64,000 nucleotides of DNA from Verrucomicrobiaceae bacterium (GTDB taxonomy: Bacteria > Verrucomicrobiota > Verrucomicrobiia > Verrucomicrobiales > Akkermansiaceae): the NCBI GenBank assembly GCA_051252135.1, contig JBPOGH010000001.1:224001-288000 (forward strand), given 5' to 3'. The notes under the pieces were generated by a model. The model was not told the DNA's origin, made no database searches, and saw nothing but the letters and a program-made list of their open reading frames with translations. Below, in pieces: positions 1 to 10,180 of this stretch; position 1 is the stretch's first letter, and each line of letters opens with the position of its first letter. Both the position numbers and the translations under genes were made by a program.

Positions 1-656
1 AATCTTCGGCAGGTTTCAGTCTGGTGGAACTGTTAACCGTAATGGCGATCATCGCCATTTTGCTTTCGGTTGCCTCTGTTGGTATCCAACGGATGGGCGA
101 ATCCCAGGGAGTCACGTCCGGACTGGCCGTTGCTGAAGGGGTGTTTGCGCAAGCTCAACGTCTGGCCCGAAGCAACGGGACCTCTGCGCGGGTCGTCATT
201 CATTCGGAATTGGACGATAGTGTCGAAGAATCGCGCCGCAGGTATCGCCGCCTCCTCCAAGTGGTATACAAGAAGGTTGATCCGGTCACCGGAGAACCTG
301 AGAATTCGTGGACGCTGGCCGGGCAACCCAGTACCTTACCCGATCAGGTTTTCTATAGCCCGGAGCTCAGCCGCACTCAAATTGAAGGAGGTTCCGAGAT
401 TGCCAGGGAGCAGCATCAGCTTTCCAGGGACGAAGCAGACACGGCCGAGTGTTACTATTACGAGTTTAACTCACAAGGACTCTGCACGACTCCCGGAGCA
501 TCCTTTATTGTTGAAAGCGGACCTCGCCCACGGGGCTCCGAGCGCCCCATCCTTGGAAAGACACGCAACATCGGCGGCTTCATCCTCTGGAGAAGCGGTG
601 GCACCTCGCGGATTGCCGATCTGGCCCGAATCGAAGAAATGAGTACCGTCCAATAA
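1..656 (+). CDS. Prepilin-type N-terminal cleavage/methylation protein (Verru/Chthon cassette-like), 5' partial
   Basis: The frame is open from base 3 (SSAGFSLVELLTVMAIIAILL), giving the class III signal G|FSLVE plus a hydrophobic helix. The true start lies upstream of the window. Confidence 0.8.
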   Translation, partial: SSAGFSLVELLTVMAIIAILLSVASVGIQRMGESQGVTSGLAVAEGVFAQAQRLARSNGTSARVVIHSELDDSVEESRRRYRRLLQVVYKKVDPVTGEPENSWTLAGQPSTLPDQVFYSPELSRTQIEGGSEIAREQHQLSRDEADTAECYYYEFNSQGLCTTPGASFIVESGPRPRGSERPILGKTRNIGGFILWRSGGTSRIADLARIEEMSTVQ

Positions 657-659
657 GCA

Positions 660-1382
660 ATGAACATGACTCCAATTAAGCAGAAATCAGTAAAACGCGG
701 ATTCACCCTGGCAGAATCCGTCATCGCACTGGGTATCCTGGTTGTTCTTATCACGGGATTCCTGGCGGTGTTTGGTCCTGCGGCAACCGCGATCCGTAAA
801 ACTCTCTCAGCGCAAGAAGCCAGCCGATTGCAGGCGTCTCTGGAGCAGGAGCTTTCGAACCTGCGTCCCGGTGTCCAGACAAAGCAGTACAAGGACTCTT
901 TTGAAAAAGCCTTTGAGTGGATTTCCCGTTCCCATGAACAGGGTAATACCATTCTGATCTACAACTACCGGGCTGACCCTGCCGAGACGCGGGATGATGG
1001 CTCATTCCAGCCAGAAGATGATGTTAATGGGGTAGCTGGCGAGGACTATTTGATTCAGTCAATGGTTCGCCGCATCAACGATCCGCTGCTGGAGGAGGAT
1101 TTCGAAGCAATCGTAGGGCGTGTGTTTTTTGTGAAGCTCACCCAATTGATCTTCAAGGACGAAGCGCTTCAAGTGGCCGAGGAAGAGGGAACAATCGTCG
1201 ATCCCTTTTCAGGGGATGGGGATTTCACGACCACCTCTTCGGAGTTTCCGAGTGCCAGTATTTTGGTGGAAGCTCAATTTTTCACCCTTCCAACCCGGTC
1301 ATTTGCTTACGTGACAGGGCCGTTTGACCCTGAAAACTTCACCCGTCCGATTTTCCGGAGAAACCTCGGCCTTCTGCGATAA
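660..1382 (+). CDS. Prepilin-type (pseudopilin-like) protein
   Basis: KRG|FTLAESVIALGILVV class III signal; in an operon with its neighbours. Confidence 0.8.
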   Translation: MNMTPIKQKSVKRGFTLAESVIALGILVVLITGFLAVFGPAATAIRKTLSAQEASRLQASLEQELSNLRPGVQTKQYKDSFEKAFEWISRSHEQGNTILIYNYRADPAETRDDGSFQPEDDVNGVAGEDYLIQSMVRRINDPLLEEDFEAIVGRVFFVKLTQLIFKDEALQVAEEEGTIVDPFSGDGDFTTTSSEFPSASILVEAQFFTLPTRSFAYVTGPFDPENFTRPIFRRNLGLLR

Positions 1383-1405
1383 GCCAATTGATATCCCGCT
1401 GCGAA

Positions 1406-2320
1406 ATGAAAATTCTCTCAAAGAACCAATTTAGGAAAGGCTTCACCTTGGTCGAGCTGTTGGTGGCCATGGCAATCACCGTGATTCTGGTTTCCCTGGT
1501 TGTCGTTATTACCGGAAGTGCTCTCGACGCGTGGCGTGCAGCCAGAAATGAAATTCGGGCATCGCACCAGGCGAAAATCATGCTCGATGCCCTCGGGAAG
1601 GATTTGGAGTCCTTGGTGGTGCGTAAGAACAACAATTACGAGTGGTTGTATGTCACCAGCGAAACGACCGAGATCGGTCCAGTGGGACAACCGAGCCCCA
1701 ACGCGGCAACGCTTGTTTTCCTGACCTCGGCAACAGATCGATACGATGGTAATCTGGGTGTTAACGGTGATGACGAAGGTGGAGACATCTCAGCCGTGGG
1801 ATATCATCTGGAGTTCCGCGACCCGATTTTCGATGATCAGGATGAGCGTTATTCGACATTCGTTCTCTACCGAAATCTGATCAATCCGGATCAAGCTTTC
1901 CAGGGGCTTCTCGCAGCTGAAGATTTGGAGCAGGCCTACAGTGCTGCCTCTGCCGGCCGGACAGAGCAACGCAATTTCATGTGCGAGAACATCTACCAAA
2001 TCAGCGTGATTTTCAACGTAGAGTATGTGGATGAAAGTGATGAAAAAGTCACTGTCCGTGTTCCCGTGATGTCTTCCGGAACCGGAGCCAATGCCGTGAG
2101 TCAGTTCAGCATCACGGGAGATGGAATCCGGACAGATAATTCGACTCCGCGATATTCCGACGGTCGGGTGGTTTCGGTTGATCTGGGGATCACCGTTCTT
2201 TCTGATACCGGCATGAGAACCTTACGGACAAGGACTTTCAATGATGTTGAGCAGAAGGCTAAATTTCTGACGGAGAACAGCTATCCCTACACAAAGCGGA
2301 TCGTCATCCCTCAACCTTAA
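1406..2320 (+). CDS. Prepilin-type (PulJ/GspJ-like) protein
   Basis: RKG|FTLVELLVAMAITVILV signal. ATG 1406 preferred over TTG 1388. Confidence 0.8.
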   Translation: MKILSKNQFRKGFTLVELLVAMAITVILVSLVVVITGSALDAWRAARNEIRASHQAKIMLDALGKDLESLVVRKNNNYEWLYVTSETTEIGPVGQPSPNAATLVFLTSATDRYDGNLGVNGDDEGGDISAVGYHLEFRDPIFDDQDERYSTFVLYRNLINPDQAFQGLLAAEDLEQAYSAASAGRTEQRNFMCENIYQISVIFNVEYVDESDEKVTVRVPVMSSGTGANAVSQFSITGDGIRTDNSTPRYSDGRVVSVDLGITVLSDTGMRTLRTRTFNDVEQKAKFLTENSYPYTKRIVIPQP

Positions 2321-2387
2321 TTTTTTTTCAAACAAGTCTTGCCAAGAGGTAGGGGGGGACATAAACGCTCCCCCGTCAGATCGTGAA

Positions 2388-2475
2388 GCGCGGGTGGCGG
2401 AATTGGTAGACGCGCTAGACTAAGGATCTAGTGTCCGTTTAGGACGTGGGGGTTCGATTCCCCCCTCGCGCACCA
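2388..2475 (+). tRNA. tRNA-Leu, anticodon AAG (2422-2424), encoded CCA
   Basis: Acceptor stem GCGCGGG/CTCGCGC, D-loop AATTGGTAGAC, anticodon stem CTAGA/TCTAG with loop CTAAGGA, long variable arm GTCC-GTTTA-GGAC, T-arm GGGGG-TTCGATT-CCCCC, ACCA end. Confidence 0.93.
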
Positions 2476-2488
2476 TCTGACTGGTAAG

Positions 2489-2523
2489 CTCAAAAAGCCC
2501 CCCTCCAGGGGGCTTTTGAGTTT
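2489..2523. terminator. Intrinsic terminator-like hairpin, possibly bidirectional
   Basis: CTCAAAAAGCCCCC-CTCCA-GGGGGCTTTTGAG inverted repeat with A and T flanks, between the two tRNAs. Confidence 0.65.
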
Positions 2524-2544
2524 AAGCCATTCAGGGTAACGTAG

Positions 2545-2619
2545 GGTCGGTTAGCTCAGTGGTAGAGCGCTTGCTTCACACGCAAGATGTCACTGGTTCA
2601 AATCCAGTACCGACCACCA
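2545..2619 (+). tRNA. tRNA-Val, anticodon CAC, encoded CCA
   Basis: Acceptor stem GGTCGGT/ACCGACC, D-arm GCTC-AGTGGTA-GAGC, anticodon arm CTTGC-TTCACAC-GCAAG, T-arm ACTGG-TTCAAAT-CCAGT. Confidence 0.95.
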
Positions 2620-2725
2620 TCCCTCTCGGCCAACCATCACGAGGGTCAAATCGGAGCAAATTCGCCTTTTCCGCCCTTTTTGCAGACAAAAAACACTGGT
2701 TGAGGTATTTTCCTAGGTAAGAAAG

Positions 2726-3256
2726 ATGTCTTCCAAGGATCGTCGTGGCAAAGAGTGGAAAGAATGGCTGGGTGAAAACGCCCCCAGACTTCTGGCTTAT
2801 GCGCGTCAACGATGCGGCAACCAGCAAGAAGCTGAAGACATTCTTCAAGACACTCTCGTAAAGCTGTGGGATTATCAGGAGGAGCGCGATCATCGTGCTC
2901 CCGATCTTCCTCTCGCATTTTCAGTGATGCGATTTTTGGGAATGGATCACGGAAGAAAGACCGGGAGGCGACAAAGGCGGGACGAGAAGATTATTCAGTT
3001 TCAAACCGGTGAAGACCTCTGGCTGGATACTCCCGCGGAGGAGAATGAGGAAGCGGAGATCCTGCGTTCAGCGGTAGGCGCACTCCCCGAGAAACTTCGG
3101 GAAGTCCTCACCTTGAAAATATGGGGGGGGCTCACTTTTGCGGAGATCGCCGAAGTCTTGACGCTTTCCAACAATACGGCGGCCTCCCGTTATCGCTATG
3201 CCCTTGAGCAACTTAAGAAGAAGCTAAATCACCTGAAAACATCGAGTCATGGATAA
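2726..3256 (+). CDS. ECF-family RNA polymerase sigma-70 factor
   Basis: Region 2 (EAEDILQDTLVKLW) and region 4 (LPEKLREVLTLKIWGGLTFAEIAEVL...TAASRYRYA); 176 aa. Confidence 0.92.
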   Translation: MSSKDRRGKEWKEWLGENAPRLLAYARQRCGNQQEAEDILQDTLVKLWDYQEERDHRAPDLPLAFSVMRFLGMDHGRKTGRRQRRDEKIIQFQTGEDLWLDTPAEENEEAEILRSAVGALPEKLREVLTLKIWGGLTFAEIAEVLTLSNNTAASRYRYALEQLKKKLNHLKTSSHG

Positions 3257-3731
3257 AGAACTGATAGAACTGGAATCACGCTTATCTGAGCTCACTCCTA
3301 GGGGCCTCAGTGACGAGGGGTTGTCCCGGTGCGAGGCTCAGATCGATGATCTCTCACGTGTCGCAACGGGAGGATCTCATTCCCTTATTGGAGTCCCTTG
3401 GAGAATCATGGGGGCGGCTGCAGCGATTATGTTGGGTGTCGGGATTTTTTCAGGATGGTGGTTGGGTCATGAGGAGGGTGGATCCGTGGCGGGTAGCCAA
3501 TCACAAGGAGCTGATTTTTTTCCTCCAGCCTTTGAAGTGCTCGGTGAGCGTTCCTGGAGTCAGGTGGATCCGGAGTCGCAGATTTTTGTCTCAGACTCGG
3601 GGGAGGTGTTGGAGAGACGCACAGAAGTTGATGTTTCCGAAGAGACGGTATTGCATCGTGATTCAGGGAAGTTGGTTACTGTGCGCGTGACGACCCGGCA
3701 ACCTGTCGATATTGCTACTGATCAATTTTGA
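3249..3731 (+). CDS. Putative single-TM anti-sigma factor
   Basis: Overlaps the ECF stop codon; short cytoplasmic N-terminus followed by a TM segment (WRIMGAAAAIMLGVGIFSGWW). Confidence 0.6.
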   Translation: MDKELIELESRLSELTPRGLSDEGLSRCEAQIDDLSRVATGGSHSLIGVPWRIMGAAAAIMLGVGIFSGWWLGHEEGGSVAGSQSQGADFFPPAFEVLGERSWSQVDPESQIFVSDSGEVLERRTEVDVSEETVLHRDSGKLVTVRVTTRQPVDIATDQF

Positions 3732-3735
3732 TCCC

Positions 3736-4434
3736 ATGAGAATCATTCTGTTTCATCTGTTGGTCGGGGTGCTTTGCATTTCCGGTCTCTCTGCGGCGCC
3801 TGACAAAGGGTTGCCGTGGTTGGGTGCGCGGATTGATCATTTGAAAGGGGAAGTGGAGAGACCTGCTGTAATGGGAGGCTACGGAGGGCTTGTGATTGCA
3901 GGAGTGATTCCGGGCAGCCCGATTGCTTCATCAGGAGGGGAAAAGGGAGACATTTTGTGGAAGCTTGATGATCAGATACTGATCAATGTCAGCCAATTTG
4001 TGACTTTACTGAAAATGAAGGAGCCGGGTGCGGTTGTTAAATTTACGGCATTTCGGGAGGGGAAAGAGAGAAATCTCGACGTCACTCTGGGGGTCCGGCC
4101 TCCATGCAATGGCAGTCATCACGGCGCCAAACATGGTAGGGGCTGGGGGTGGCATCGTGCCAAGACGGAAGAAGTTGCTGAAATGACTGATGCCGGGGTT
4201 CACTACATTCTCAAAGAAACGGATTCGGGTCTTCACCTTACGGTATCGCAAAAGGACACGAAGTTGTTTTCAGGGATCATAGACGGTGCCGGGGCTGATG
4301 CCGAGGTGGAGCCAAGGTGGCAGGGAGCCGTCCTTATTCTCAGGCAGGCGCTGGCTTCCCACTCCCACCAGAAACGACAGGAGAAGTCCAAAAGAGTGCG
4401 TTCAACCCCTCCAAAAGGCAGCGAATCACGTTGA
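3736..4434 (+). CDS. Secreted PDZ-domain protein
   Basis: Signal peptide MRIILFHLLVGVLCISGLSA; PDZ motifs PWLG...GLVIAGVIPGSPIASSG...GDILWKLDD. Confidence 0.8.
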   Translation: MRIILFHLLVGVLCISGLSAAPDKGLPWLGARIDHLKGEVERPAVMGGYGGLVIAGVIPGSPIASSGGEKGDILWKLDDQILINVSQFVTLLKMKEPGAVVKFTAFREGKERNLDVTLGVRPPCNGSHHGAKHGRGWGWHRAKTEEVAEMTDAGVHYILKETDSGLHLTVSQKDTKLFSGIIDGAGADAEVEPRWQGAVLILRQALASHSHQKRQEKSKRVRSTPPKGSESR

Positions 4435-4514
4435 CGCGGGGTGTTGAAAGGTTAGGGTGCAGGTTTCGCTTATCAGTTCTTGCTATTTGCTAATTCGGCC
4501 CACAGGCTAGCGCC

Positions 4515-6350
4515 ATGCATCCGGATGTGGCGAAGTTAGTGGAAGCGGGCCGAATTAGTGAGGCCGTTGGAGAAAAACTTTCTGAAATTGCACCGGGGAA
4601 ATACCGGATGCACAAAGGTTTCGGAGGGGGGTTGGTGAAAGAATGGGACCTTTTCACGGGCAAAGTGGTCATCGATTTCGCAAAGGCACCAGGGAAGGAA
4701 ATGGGGCTGAAGTTGGCGTTGGAAAAGACCGAGGCACTTGAAGATGACGATCTGCGAGCTCAAAAAGTGAGCCAAATCGGGGAGTTGAAAGGACTGGCCG
4801 AGAATAACGCTGTCGAGTTGGTGTGCCTCACCCTGCAATCCAGAGAGGGTAGAATGACCCTTGATCAACTCGATGCTGAGTTGATGGGAAGTGTCATTGA
4901 TGAAGAAATTTACAAGAAATGGTGGGAGAAGACCAAGAAGCAGCTTCGCGAGAGCAAGCGTGTCTCGGTTCCCACCAAGCGCACCGATTACCTGGTGCTC
5001 CGCGATGAGTCAGCGAGCCCCGGTGAGGCGCTTGTTGAGGAGCTTGAACAAGCCCGTAGTCCAAAAGCTAGAGTTAAGGCACTGGAGACTATTCAGCGTG
5101 AAGCTCCATTGATTGCTGCTGGTGATGGGTTGCTTGAAAAGGTTTACGAGATCGTGAACGACGCAATTCTGAAGCTGGTCAAATTGTCGCCCGCGCAAGC
5201 GCTTGAGCTGGCAGCGCTTCGTGACGAGCTTTCCGATGAGACCGAGTCGAAGGATCGGGTCGGCGAAGGAGCTCCTACCATTGCGGAGGTGCTTCAAGTG
5301 GCGGAAGGTACGCTTTCCGATGATCTGGGGCAGGTGGCAGCAGCCCGTCTTAAGCGTATTCTTGAGGCGTTCCCACAGGCTTTTGATAAAGATTGGGTAA
5401 GCAATATTTTGCGGGTTTTTGATCGTATTTCATCCCGTGGAGTTTCTGAAATTGCCAAACTTCTTGTTGAGAAGGAGGAAACGGAAAAATTTTACGAGCA
5501 CATCAAGATTTCGCTTTCCCGTCATGCCTTGGGGGCCGACGCGCTGGCTTGGATCAGTCGGGAGCGCAAGAAAGCGGCTGAGCCCGTCTTTGATGGTTCG
5601 GTTGGCTCGGTCATTTTGACTGTCCTTGAACAGGATTCATTGGACGATGGCCCGAGAAAGGCCGGTCGCCTCGCCAACCTTCTCCTCGATGATAAGGAGT
5701 TGGTCGGGGATCTCCTGTCTACTCTGGAAGTCAACGATGTGCGCAATTTTGCACGGAAGCTTCTTGCCAGCCCGGCCTTTCCGGACCTTGACAGGAAGTC
5801 GTTAATGGCCCGAGTGATTAAAGCCGTTCCATCCACTCAGGATATGGTGACCGGCGAATCGACGACGAAGCAAGATGACACGCTCCTCGTTTCCTGGGAA
5901 AGCCTCGATCGTCGCAAAGCCGAGTACGAGGATCTCGTCAACAATCGGATTCCTGCCAATGTGAAGGAAATTTCGGTTGCCCGGGCGCACGGAGACCTCC
6001 GCGAGAACTTTGAGTATCATGCTGCGAAGCAGATGCAGGTGGTTCTCAATACCAGAAAGAATGATCTTGAGCGTGACCTCGAGCGCGCCCGTCCAACAGA
6101 TTTCAAGGGTGCCGATACCAATTCGGTAAACATCGGGACCAAAGTTGTATTGTCGGTCGAAGGCAGAGGTGACATCGAATACACGATGTTGGGTGCCTGG
6201 GATGCCAATCCCGAAGAGTCTGTTCTTTCTTACCTCTCCGTCATGGGGCAGGCCCTCCTTGGAAAAGGAGTGGGGGAGTCCGCTCAAGTTCCCGATCCCG
6301 ATACCGAAGAGAAAATGAAGGTCACGGTTAAGTCGATCTCCAGTCTCTAA
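4515..6350 (+). CDS. greA: GreA/GreB-family transcription elongation factor with long N-terminal extension
   Basis: C-terminal ARAHGDLRENFEYHAAK motif and SYLS..GQALLGK; 611 aa. Confidence 0.88.
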   Translation: MHPDVAKLVEAGRISEAVGEKLSEIAPGKYRMHKGFGGGLVKEWDLFTGKVVIDFAKAPGKEMGLKLALEKTEALEDDDLRAQKVSQIGELKGLAENNAVELVCLTLQSREGRMTLDQLDAELMGSVIDEEIYKKWWEKTKKQLRESKRVSVPTKRTDYLVLRDESASPGEALVEELEQARSPKARVKALETIQREAPLIAAGDGLLEKVYEIVNDAILKLVKLSPAQALELAALRDELSDETESKDRVGEGAPTIAEVLQVAEGTLSDDLGQVAAARLKRILEAFPQAFDKDWVSNILRVFDRISSRGVSEIAKLLVEKEETEKFYEHIKISLSRHALGADALAWISRERKKAAEPVFDGSVGSVILTVLEQDSLDDGPRKAGRLANLLLDDKELVGDLLSTLEVNDVRNFARKLLASPAFPDLDRKSLMARVIKAVPSTQDMVTGESTTKQDDTLLVSWESLDRRKAEYEDLVNNRIPANVKEISVARAHGDLRENFEYHAAKQMQVVLNTRKNDLERDLERARPTDFKGADTNSVNIGTKVVLSVEGRGDIEYTMLGAWDANPEESVLSYLSVMGQALLGKGVGESAQVPDPDTEEKMKVTVKSISSL

Positions 6351-7670
<1,320 letters not shown>

Positions 7671-7695
7671 ATATTCCTGAGCAGGATTTTAAGCG

Positions 7696-7727
7696 ACCGC
7701 AGGAGGGCAACCTCCTGCGGTTTTTTG
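7696..7727 (+). terminator. Rho-independent terminator after eno
   Basis: ACCGCAGGAGG-GCAA-CCTCCTGCGGT followed by a T-run. Confidence 0.9.
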
Positions 7728-7802
7728 TGATTGGTGAAGATCAAGCAAAGTTAACTTTTGTCGTGGCTTCGACCTATGTTTCTTGTTATCCTTTGATCAG
7801 AC

Positions 7803-8156
7803 ATGGCACGGAGTCGGAAACAACGGGTCAATTCGGGTCGCGACCCTGAGTTTTCCAGAGATGGTCGGAAGCGTGGGCTTTTCGGGAAGGCTACCGGTGT
7901 TGTGCTGGCAGTTTTCGTGTTAGCTCTCTCGGTGGCCATCATTGTACCTATTGCTCCGGAGTATCAAAAACTGAAGGAGGTTGAGGCGGAGCACGCAGAG
8001 GCTCTGGATGCGGAAAAGAAGTTACTCAGAAAGCGCAGGCAATATGAGTTGGAGTCCGAGTCACTCATGACAAATCTCGAGTATTTGGAATCAAGATCAC
8101 GGGATCGGGGACCCTACTATGCCCCAGGGGAGCAAGTGATCAAGATCACCGAGTAA
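7803..8156 (+). CDS. Septum formation initiator (FtsB/DivIC-like)
   Basis: Basic N-terminus, one TM, coiled coil, YLE..SRDR...PGE tail; lies downstream of eno as ftsB commonly does. Confidence 0.7.
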   Translation: MARSRKQRVNSGRDPEFSRDGRKRGLFGKATGVVLAVFVLALSVAIIVPIAPEYQKLKEVEAEHAEALDAEKKLLRKRRQYELESESLMTNLEYLESRSRDRGPYYAPGEQVIKITE

Positions 8157-8158
8157 AC

Positions 8159-8902
8159 CTAAAAACGAAAGCTCTCGCCAAAGTAGAGCATGCGCGCTCT
8201 TTCATCCTGGACCAGTTCCTGGGAAGAACCTTCCAGCATTACCTGACCATCAACAAGGAGTGACGCGCGATCGACAATTTCAAGTGTCTCACGGACCTGG
8301 TGATCGGTGATGAGGATGGAGAGGCCGTCCTCATCGCGGAGTTGGCGGATGATTTTGTGAATCTCCTGAACCGCAATGGGGTCGATTCCCACAAAGGGCT
8401 CGTCCAGCATGAGGAGTCGGGGTTCGGTGCAAAGGCAGCGAGCCAATGAGAGTCGGCGTTTTTCACCGCCCGAAAGAGTCATCGCCAGGGATTTTCGAAC
8501 ATGATTGATCCCAAAGCGCTCCAGAAGATTATCGGCGCGTTGCTTGCGTTCGCTGCGAGACAATTTGCGACGAGTTTCCAGAACCGCCAGGAGGTTGTCC
8601 TCGACACTCAACTTGCGGAAGATTGATTCTTCCTGCGGGAGATAACCCATGCCGAGCCGGGCCCTTTTGTGCATGGGATAGCGGGTGATTGTTTTGCCGG
8701 CAAAGTTCACGCGTCCATGATCGGGCGGAATCAATCCCGCTATCATGTAGAAAGTGGTGGTTTTTCCGGCACCATTGGGCCCGAGAAGTCCTACGATCTC
8801 TCCGGGATTGACGGTCAGCCTGACTTCATCGACGACCCTGCGGCCGCTGTAGGTTTTTTGGAGGCCCTCGACCTGTAGGAGTGGCTCTTGGATTTCGCTC
8901 AT
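8159..8902 (-). CDS. lptB: LPS export ABC transporter ATP-binding protein
   Basis: GPNGAGKTTTFYM, YLPQEESIFRKL, LSGGEKRR, DEPFVGIDP, ITDH motifs. Confidence 0.96.
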   Translation of the reverse strand: MSEIQEPLLQVEGLQKTYSGRRVVDEVRLTVNPGEIVGLLGPNGAGKTTTFYMIAGLIPPDHGRVNFAGKTITRYPMHKRARLGMGYLPQEESIFRKLSVEDNLLAVLETRRKLSRSERKQRADNLLERFGINHVRKSLAMTLSGGEKRRLSLARCLCTEPRLLMLDEPFVGIDPIAVQEIHKIIRQLRDEDGLSILITDHQVRETLEIVDRASLLVDGQVMLEGSSQELVQDERARMLYFGESFRF

Positions 8903-8908
8903 TGGGGC

Positions 8909-10180
8909 CTATCGATTGAGTTTGCCAGGGAGTCCAAAGAGCCAATTTCCTTCGGTTTGGGCACTGATGTTATTTCCTCCAAGAAGCTTAATAACGAGGT
9001 AGGCATTCTTGTCTTTTGAGCGAGCACCCGCTCCTCCCAAACGAAGGGAAAGGGCGTCACCGCGAATGATCAACTGCTCTTTTTTAGCGTCGTAGACTGC
9101 ACGCTCACCTCGAACGAGGATAGGTTCTCCTTTCTTGCCTTTTCCTTTGATTTCAATATTTCCGTTGGCAGAGAACTGGCTTAGCTCTCCCAACCCTTTA
9201 AATCCGCCAAAGGGATTGTCGTCTGCGTTGTCATCCTCTTTGGGCTTGGCCTCTTCCTTTGGAGGGTCGAAGAGGGCCTTCATTCCATCAGTGCAAGTCA
9301 TGGTCATGCCTTTTCCCTTTAAGGAGATTCGGCCCATGTAGACGACTTCCTGGTTTTCTCCGTCAAAGTAGATCCCCCGACTTGCTTCGATCACAATACG
9401 ATCTTTGTTTGGGATAAACAGGTCCTCAAATGGAATTGCCGGTTCGGCCACATCCGGGGCAGCTTCCTGTTGGGATAGAAGTTGGGATTGTCCGATGGCA
9501 CCAAGAAAAGCTGTTAATCTGGTGAGAAGGTCCTGCTCTTTTTTTGCGGCGGCGGCCATGGCTCGCGAGGATTCAAATGGCGGAACGATCCGGGGAGCGG
9601 CCTGACGTTCGAATTCGATCAGCTCTTCGACGGGGATTGCCACCGGAGGAGCGGCCACAAGAAGCTGGATGCCGGCAAGAAAAGGAAGAAGGGTTTTCGG
9701 GGAGTTCATCGCTTGCCGTTTTTTATCAGGATTGAGAAACATAGTAGCCGCCGGACCAAGGAGCAAGCCCTGCCGGGAGTTCAGAGTGAGGATGCCGCCT
9801 TGTCCCCGGGCAATGAACTCGTCTTTGGTGGACTTAATCAGAAGCTCTCCATCTGCTACAATTTGCTCCTTCTCCACAAGGTAGGTTGCAAAATCCATCG
9901 ATGCGGTTCCACTGATCTGTTGATCGCGGTCAAAGACGCGCAGAACAAGGTCTTCGCCCTTCAGTTGTGCGGCACTCTCCACTACCATCACTTTCGCAGT
10001 GAGAAGAGATGCTCTTCGCTTCTGTTCATCGAATCTGGGGATGGAGACTCCGGAAAGGGTCGCTCCGATGGGAAGGCGAGACATGGCGTTCTCGTTCCTC
10101 GGGTCCAAGGGGGGAGCCTCATCGGCAGACGCGGTGATCCCAATGGAGAGAAGTAACAAGCCAATCTGCCTTTTCATCAT
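8909..10180 (-). CDS. LptC-like + LptA/OstA-like periplasmic LPS transport protein (apparent fusion)
   Basis: Lies between kdsA and lptB, where lptC-lptA normally sit. Has an N-terminal signal and beta-rich jellyroll-like segments (VVYMGRISLKGKGMTMTC, GERAVYDAKKEQLIIRG). Confidence 0.6.
   Translation of the reverse strand: MMKRQIGLLLLSIGITASADEAPPLDPRNENAMSRLPIGATLSGVSIPRFDEQKRRASLLTAKVMVVESAAQLKGEDLVLRVFDRDQQISGTASMDFATYLVEKEQIVADGELLIKSTKDEFIARGQGGILTLNSRQGLLLGPAATMFLNPDKKRQAMNSPKTLLPFLAGIQLLVAAPPVAIPVEELIEFERQAAPRIVPPFESSRAMAAAAKKEQDLLTRLTAFLGAIGQSQLLSQQEAAPDVAEPAIPFEDLFIPNKDRIVIEASRGIYFDGENQEVVYMGRISLKGKGMTMTCTDGMKALFDPPKEEAKPKEDDNADDNPFGGFKGLGELSQFSANGNIEIKGKGKKGEPILVRGERAVYDAKKEQLIIRGDALSLRLGGAGARSKDKNAYLVIKLLGGNNISAQTEGNWLFGLPGKLNR

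Noticed and set aside
2421..2423. Reading the tRNA-Leu anticodon as TAA
   Set aside because: Shifting the loop by one base destroys the 5-bp anticodon stem and U33; the stem fixes AAG.
2576..2918. Minus-strand ORFs 2576-2893 and 2646-2918
   Set aside because: Antisense to tRNA-Val and the ECF sigma gene, with no protein features.
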